Shown piece by piece: positions 60,101 to 64,000 of a stretch of 64,000 bases of DNA. The stretch is taken from assembly GCA_958009085.1 (NCBI GenBank), contig OY253668.1:434001-498000 (forward strand). Reading direction: 5' to 3'. Made by a program: the position numbers and the translations under genes. Under the pieces are notes generated by a model that saw only the letters and a program-made list of their open reading frames with translations, was not told where the DNA came from and ran no database searches. This stretch comes from Protoeuglena noctilucae (Eukaryota). Position 1 is the stretch's first letter. Each line of letters starts with the position of its first letter.

Positions 60101-60663
60101 CCAGCAGGAGGCCAAGAGTCACGCCGATCAGCGTGCTGGCTGGGCGGGTGAGGATGTCCTTGCCCCAAGCTACCAGGTGGCCCGTTGCAAACCGGGCGGG
60201 CCAGCCCAGGCGAGGAGACTCGCGGAAGGTCACTGCGGCACGGCGCGATGGTCGGCAGACGATGGGTGGTTGGATGGCCACAGCTGTGCCCTGCCCGTGT
60301 GCGCAGCGACGCGGGCCGCACCAGAGAGCGTCACAGCGGTGACGATCCAGCAGAGCACGACCCACGTCACATCCACGTTCAGCAGCTTGGCAAGCGCACG
60401 ATTCACGCGAAGGGGCTTCCGGCCCAACCCCGGCCCAGAGAAGAGAGTGCCTGCGAGCAGGGCCTGTCCCCACGCACCGAGCCCACGACGCTCCCATGGC
60501 CGGTACTCCACCGCGCCGGCCACGCCCACGCCACCCTGTGGGAACACAGGCGAGATATGTGTTGGCACGAGCGGAAAGACAGCGTTGGATTCGCGAGGCT
60601 GGGGCCGGGCGTCACCTGCACGGGGATGCCATCCCCTCCGCGGCCGCAGCAGCACGCCAACAT
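57180..60663 (-). CDS. Extended-synaptotagmin/tricalbin-like SMP + C2 domain membrane protein
   Basis: N-terminal TMs. SMP domain PEWVDLQDAEQCAWLNRAIENSWPF...IEFKRINFGSTP. C2 motifs SPVYNERFQF and VMDYDAFTRDEVVGTVTVPI. Confidence 0.82.
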
Positions 60664-61063
60664 TCGCGCCGATGCGGCCGATGTCACGAGCAGAAATTGC
60701 GCAGTCGAGGGCGGCCTAATCGGCCATCGGCGAGCACGATGGGCACATCACGGCCACCAGGAGTGTTTGCATGTGTAAATGCTTCACGGAGAGGCTGAGG
60801 GGGCAGGGCTTCCTCTCACGCTCAGAGAGAATGCGCAGTTGTGCTCCGATTCGCATCCATTTAGTCCCCATGGGACGATCTGAACGTACAACATGCAGTT
60901 GCGTTGCAGGAAACATTGCGTTGCCCACCAAATCGGCCGCGGTAGAACACCAAGCGTTCGATTGGCGCCGCAGACGGAGCGAATGCTTACAGATGCTCAT
61001 GAGGGACGCGGTATAATCGACTAGATGCCGGGCCAGGCGCCCCCTGCGCCGTTGACGTGATGG

Positions 61064-62527
61064 ATGAACAGCGCACCAGGCCCGCCGCCGAAGCCGCGGG
61101 ATCTGAACGCATGGCGGGCGTCCCGCTTGCACTGGGGATGCAGTGTCCTGGATCGCGCGATGGTGCGTTGGCGTGCATCCACCGCATCCTGCTGTGCATG
61201 CTGGCCTCCATCAAAGTGAGCGGGCAAGCTCGTTCAGAGCGTCTCAACGTCTGATGTGCGCAGGGTGGGGGTTTTAGAGCCGGTATCGTCACTGAATTCG
61301 TGGGAGAAGCCACAGCAGGTGCCGACAGAGCCACGGACAACACAGTGCACGACATGCATGGTTTGCCGCGACCATCACCCGCCACGTGCAGCTCCCATGA
61401 CGGGATATTGTCCTCGACCTCCCCCTCTGCAGGCAAGAGCCAGCTATGCGTGCAGCTCATGCTTCACTGCCAGCTGCCGGTCGAGCGCGGTGGGCTAAAC
61501 GGGAGGGCGATTTACGTGTACACCGAGGGGAGGCCCGCGACGAAGCGCATTGGTGAGGAGCGACCGCGACTCGCGCTGCTTGGCGTGGGCAGAGTGGGGC
61601 TGCACGGACCTACTTGTGTGCACATGACCGACGCCCTCGTCTCGTTTTTGTCATGATGCAGACCAGATGTGCGCGAGGTTCCAAGCGCGGGAGCAGCTCG
61701 GCTGGGATTCCCGGGAGCGGATATCGGTGCGCAAGGACGTCGGGTCGCCCGCCGAGCTGCTGGCATGCCTGCGCTCCGTGGCAGCCGAGGTGGCACGCGA
61801 GGGCGGGACTGCAAGCAAGCAGCCTCGGGTGCGCCTGGTGGTCGTCGACTCGATCGCGAACGTGTTTCGAGACTCGGAGCTCGATCCCATGGCCCAAGGC
61901 GCGGACGACGTCGATGGTCCGGGGCTGGGTGCGGTGATGGGTGCGGCGCGGGCTGCACAAATGTTTGAGGTGGCCTGCGTCCTCAAGGCCATGGCCTCTC
62001 GACACGAGGTCGTCGTCGTTACCACGAACCAGGTGAGGGACAGCCTCGGGGGGGTTGATGCATGACGACCGACTTGGAACAGTGTCATGATCAGCCGCGC
62101 CGCCTGACGTGTCGCCTCGCCTGATCGTCTGTCACAGGTGACGGACGTGCTGGGTGACTTCGCCGACGCCAGCCAGGCCGCCGTCTTCGGTCCGCTCGTG
62201 ACCTCCGGTAGGCGCGTGCTGCCGGCCCTCGGCCTCGCGTGGGCCAACTGCGTCAACCACAGGGTGTTCCTGTCGCGGGCAACGAGCGTGGGCGCCGAGG
62301 GGAACCTGGGCGGCGCCGTCGCGAGGAGAATGCAGGCGACTTGCTCAGCAACGCAGTCGAGCGTGAGTGAACGGGCCACGTGGTCGCGGAAAGGCTGCAG
62401 AGCGAGTCGTGCTGTGCCCTCCTTCCGTGTGCTGCAGGTGCTGCTCAGCCCGTACCTCCCGGCGCGCTCCTGCCCATTCGTCATCGACGACGATGGCCTG
62501 CACGGCTGTGCAGAGCCGCAGCAGTGA
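61064..62527 (+). CDS. XRCC3: RAD51 paralogue XRCC3
   Basis: WGCSVLDRAM|GGG...TEFVGEATAGKSQLCVQL..QLPVERGGLNG..IYVYTEG, Walker B LVVVDSIA, VVTTNQV, PALGLAWANCVNHR. Confidence 0.9.
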
Positions 62528-62740
62528 CACCTGGCGTTTCATCCTACAGCTCTGCAGCTCACTGTCTCACAAAACGCGCGGAAACTTCCTACTAGCAAGC
62601 TTCCTGATTAGCAGCACGCAAATGGGGGCACGGCAGTAGTAGGATGAACTCTAGAAATGCGGACACCACTGCACACGACTCGCAAAGGCGCGTGCTGGCA
62701 CACGGCGTGAAAGGCTTTCTACGTGCGCCATGCCGGCTTC

Positions 62741-64000
62741 TCACGATGCAATCACACGTTTCGCTCCGCCCGAACAGACTGCCTGCTCTGCGACGTCCCA
62801 CACGCGCGCACCCTGCACGACCACGCGCCTGCTGCTGTCCATCGTGTACGCGACCACGACCCCGTCCAGCACCACCTCGTAAACGATGTCATTGTGTTGT
62901 AGGCCCGCATCGCCCTTGACTCCCCTCTGATGCACCGACCTGCACGGGTGGGAGCGACACCGCACACTAGGCAGGCAGAAGCCCAGGCTTTCCAGTGCTC
63001 CAGGGCTGGCGGCGTGGCGAGGCAGACAGTGCGCAGCTGAGCACGGCAACCTCGACCGTCGCGCTGCTCACCGGATGTCGCGCGAGAGGACCTCCGTCAC
63101 GAGCGAAAGGAACTCGGTCGCGCGAGCAAAGAGCGAGCCCTTGGCGCTGGACGCGACCTGCTGCCAGGCATCAGCGATCTCGCGCTCTGCGGCGTCCGTC
63201 ACCACCACCGCCGCCACGTGCAACGGCTCGTTGTCCGCTACAGGGGCCACCCAGTCAGGTGCTGACGCGTTAGCGACCGCGTCGCAGAAAGGGACGTAAG
63301 GTTTGATGTCCAGGACGGGGGATCCGTCGACTGCGGGGGACGCGAGATAAGGGTTAAGGCGTGTCGTTGAGCAGGGCTGATGTGACATCCTACCATACAG
63401 GGCGCGCAGTGGCACGCGGGGGTTGACGCTCACCGAGGTCGCAACCCCCCAGGACGAGCCGACCCTCCCGGGGGTGCACTTCGACGATGCGGGCGACGGA
63501 GAGGCCGAGAGGGCAGGGCCGGTGCGGGGAGCGTGTCGCGAGGACGCCCATGCGCCCGCCGTCGAGGCGCGGCACGGACACCTTAGCCTTGATGCGGCGC
63601 TGGCGGTGATCCGAGGCCCAGAGCCGCTGCAGGTCCGTGTTCTCATGGAAGACGTACAGAAGCCAGCAATGAGAATAGAGGTGCAAGCCCTCGATGCAAT
63701 CCACAGGCACTGCGGGCGCGGGGATCCGGCGTCGGCGGAACGCAGAAGTTGGAAGGGCATCCGCGGCGCGGCCTCAGACGCAGACACACCACCGGAGAGG
63801 AGCGTGAGGCTCGCCCGGGCCGTGGGGACGAGCTGCGGCTGCCTCGGGGTGCCATTGCGCTGGGAAAAGCATGAACGGAGGAACGCGATGGGCCTCATGG
63901 GAAATGGCGGCGCGTCGGCCCAGGCCAGGGCGGCTCCGGCCCACGTCGGCGCCTCGACGGGCACGTCTGGCGTGCCCCGCCGGGGTTGCGAGAGCGTCAG
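62741..64000 (-). CDS. TRMO: tRNA (adenine37-N6)-methyltransferase TrmO (TsaA/YaeB family), 5' end outside window
   Basis: PIAFLRSCFSQRNGTPRQP, SHCWLLYVFHEN, VPRLDGGRMGVLATRSPHRPCPLGLS, DGSPVLDIKPYVP, EVLSRDIR. Confidence 0.9.

Noticed and set aside
1151..62527. Functional cluster of chromatin and DNA-repair genes (SSRP1, BRF1, Ku80, HMG/histone-fold, PHD-RING, XRCC3)
   Set aside because: They are interspersed with unrelated genes in mixed orientation and share no visible regulatory motif, which is compatible with chance.
1..64000. Many long overlapping R/P/A/G-rich ORFs in the six-frame track (e.g. 5100-6866, 17263-18531, 41931-43169, 50207-51568)
   Set aside because: These are shadow ORFs antisense to or out of frame with real exons, expected at this GC content.

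Overview
This is eukaryotic, GC-rich, gene-dense DNA from a green alga (Chlorophyta). The assignment rests on an OPR-RAP gene, an RRA-type GT77 gene, TGTAA poly(A) signals and mostly short (about 80-250 nt) spliceosomal introns. About 24 intron-containing genes are present, mostly housekeeping: FG-nucleoporin, SSRP1, OPR-RAP, RRA, BRF1, UBLCP1, PAI, Ku80, MFS, HMG/histone-fold, RSL1D1, VPS51, RING-PHD, cyclophilin, ZC3H15, extended synaptotagmin, XRCC3 and TrmO. There is one 200-N gap. The standout is a ~4.1-kb cassette (39135-43260) bounded by a perfect 23-bp direct repeat. It carries one spliced gene for a ~930-aa protein: non-RD kinase, RING1/Rcat (RBR-like) E3 module, 18-bp minisatellite helix, and a beta-helix built from 144-bp repeats with variable positions. 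This is a candidate mobile, immune-like sensor-kinase-ubiquitin ligase. Other notable points: very frequent GC-AG introns, an OPR-RAP protein with a PAM2-like/degron-like tail, a Ku80 without its C-terminal domain, an HMG-box/histone-fold fusion, and two apparent reading-frame lesions. Gene models were spliced by eye, so exon boundaries and start codons are approximate.
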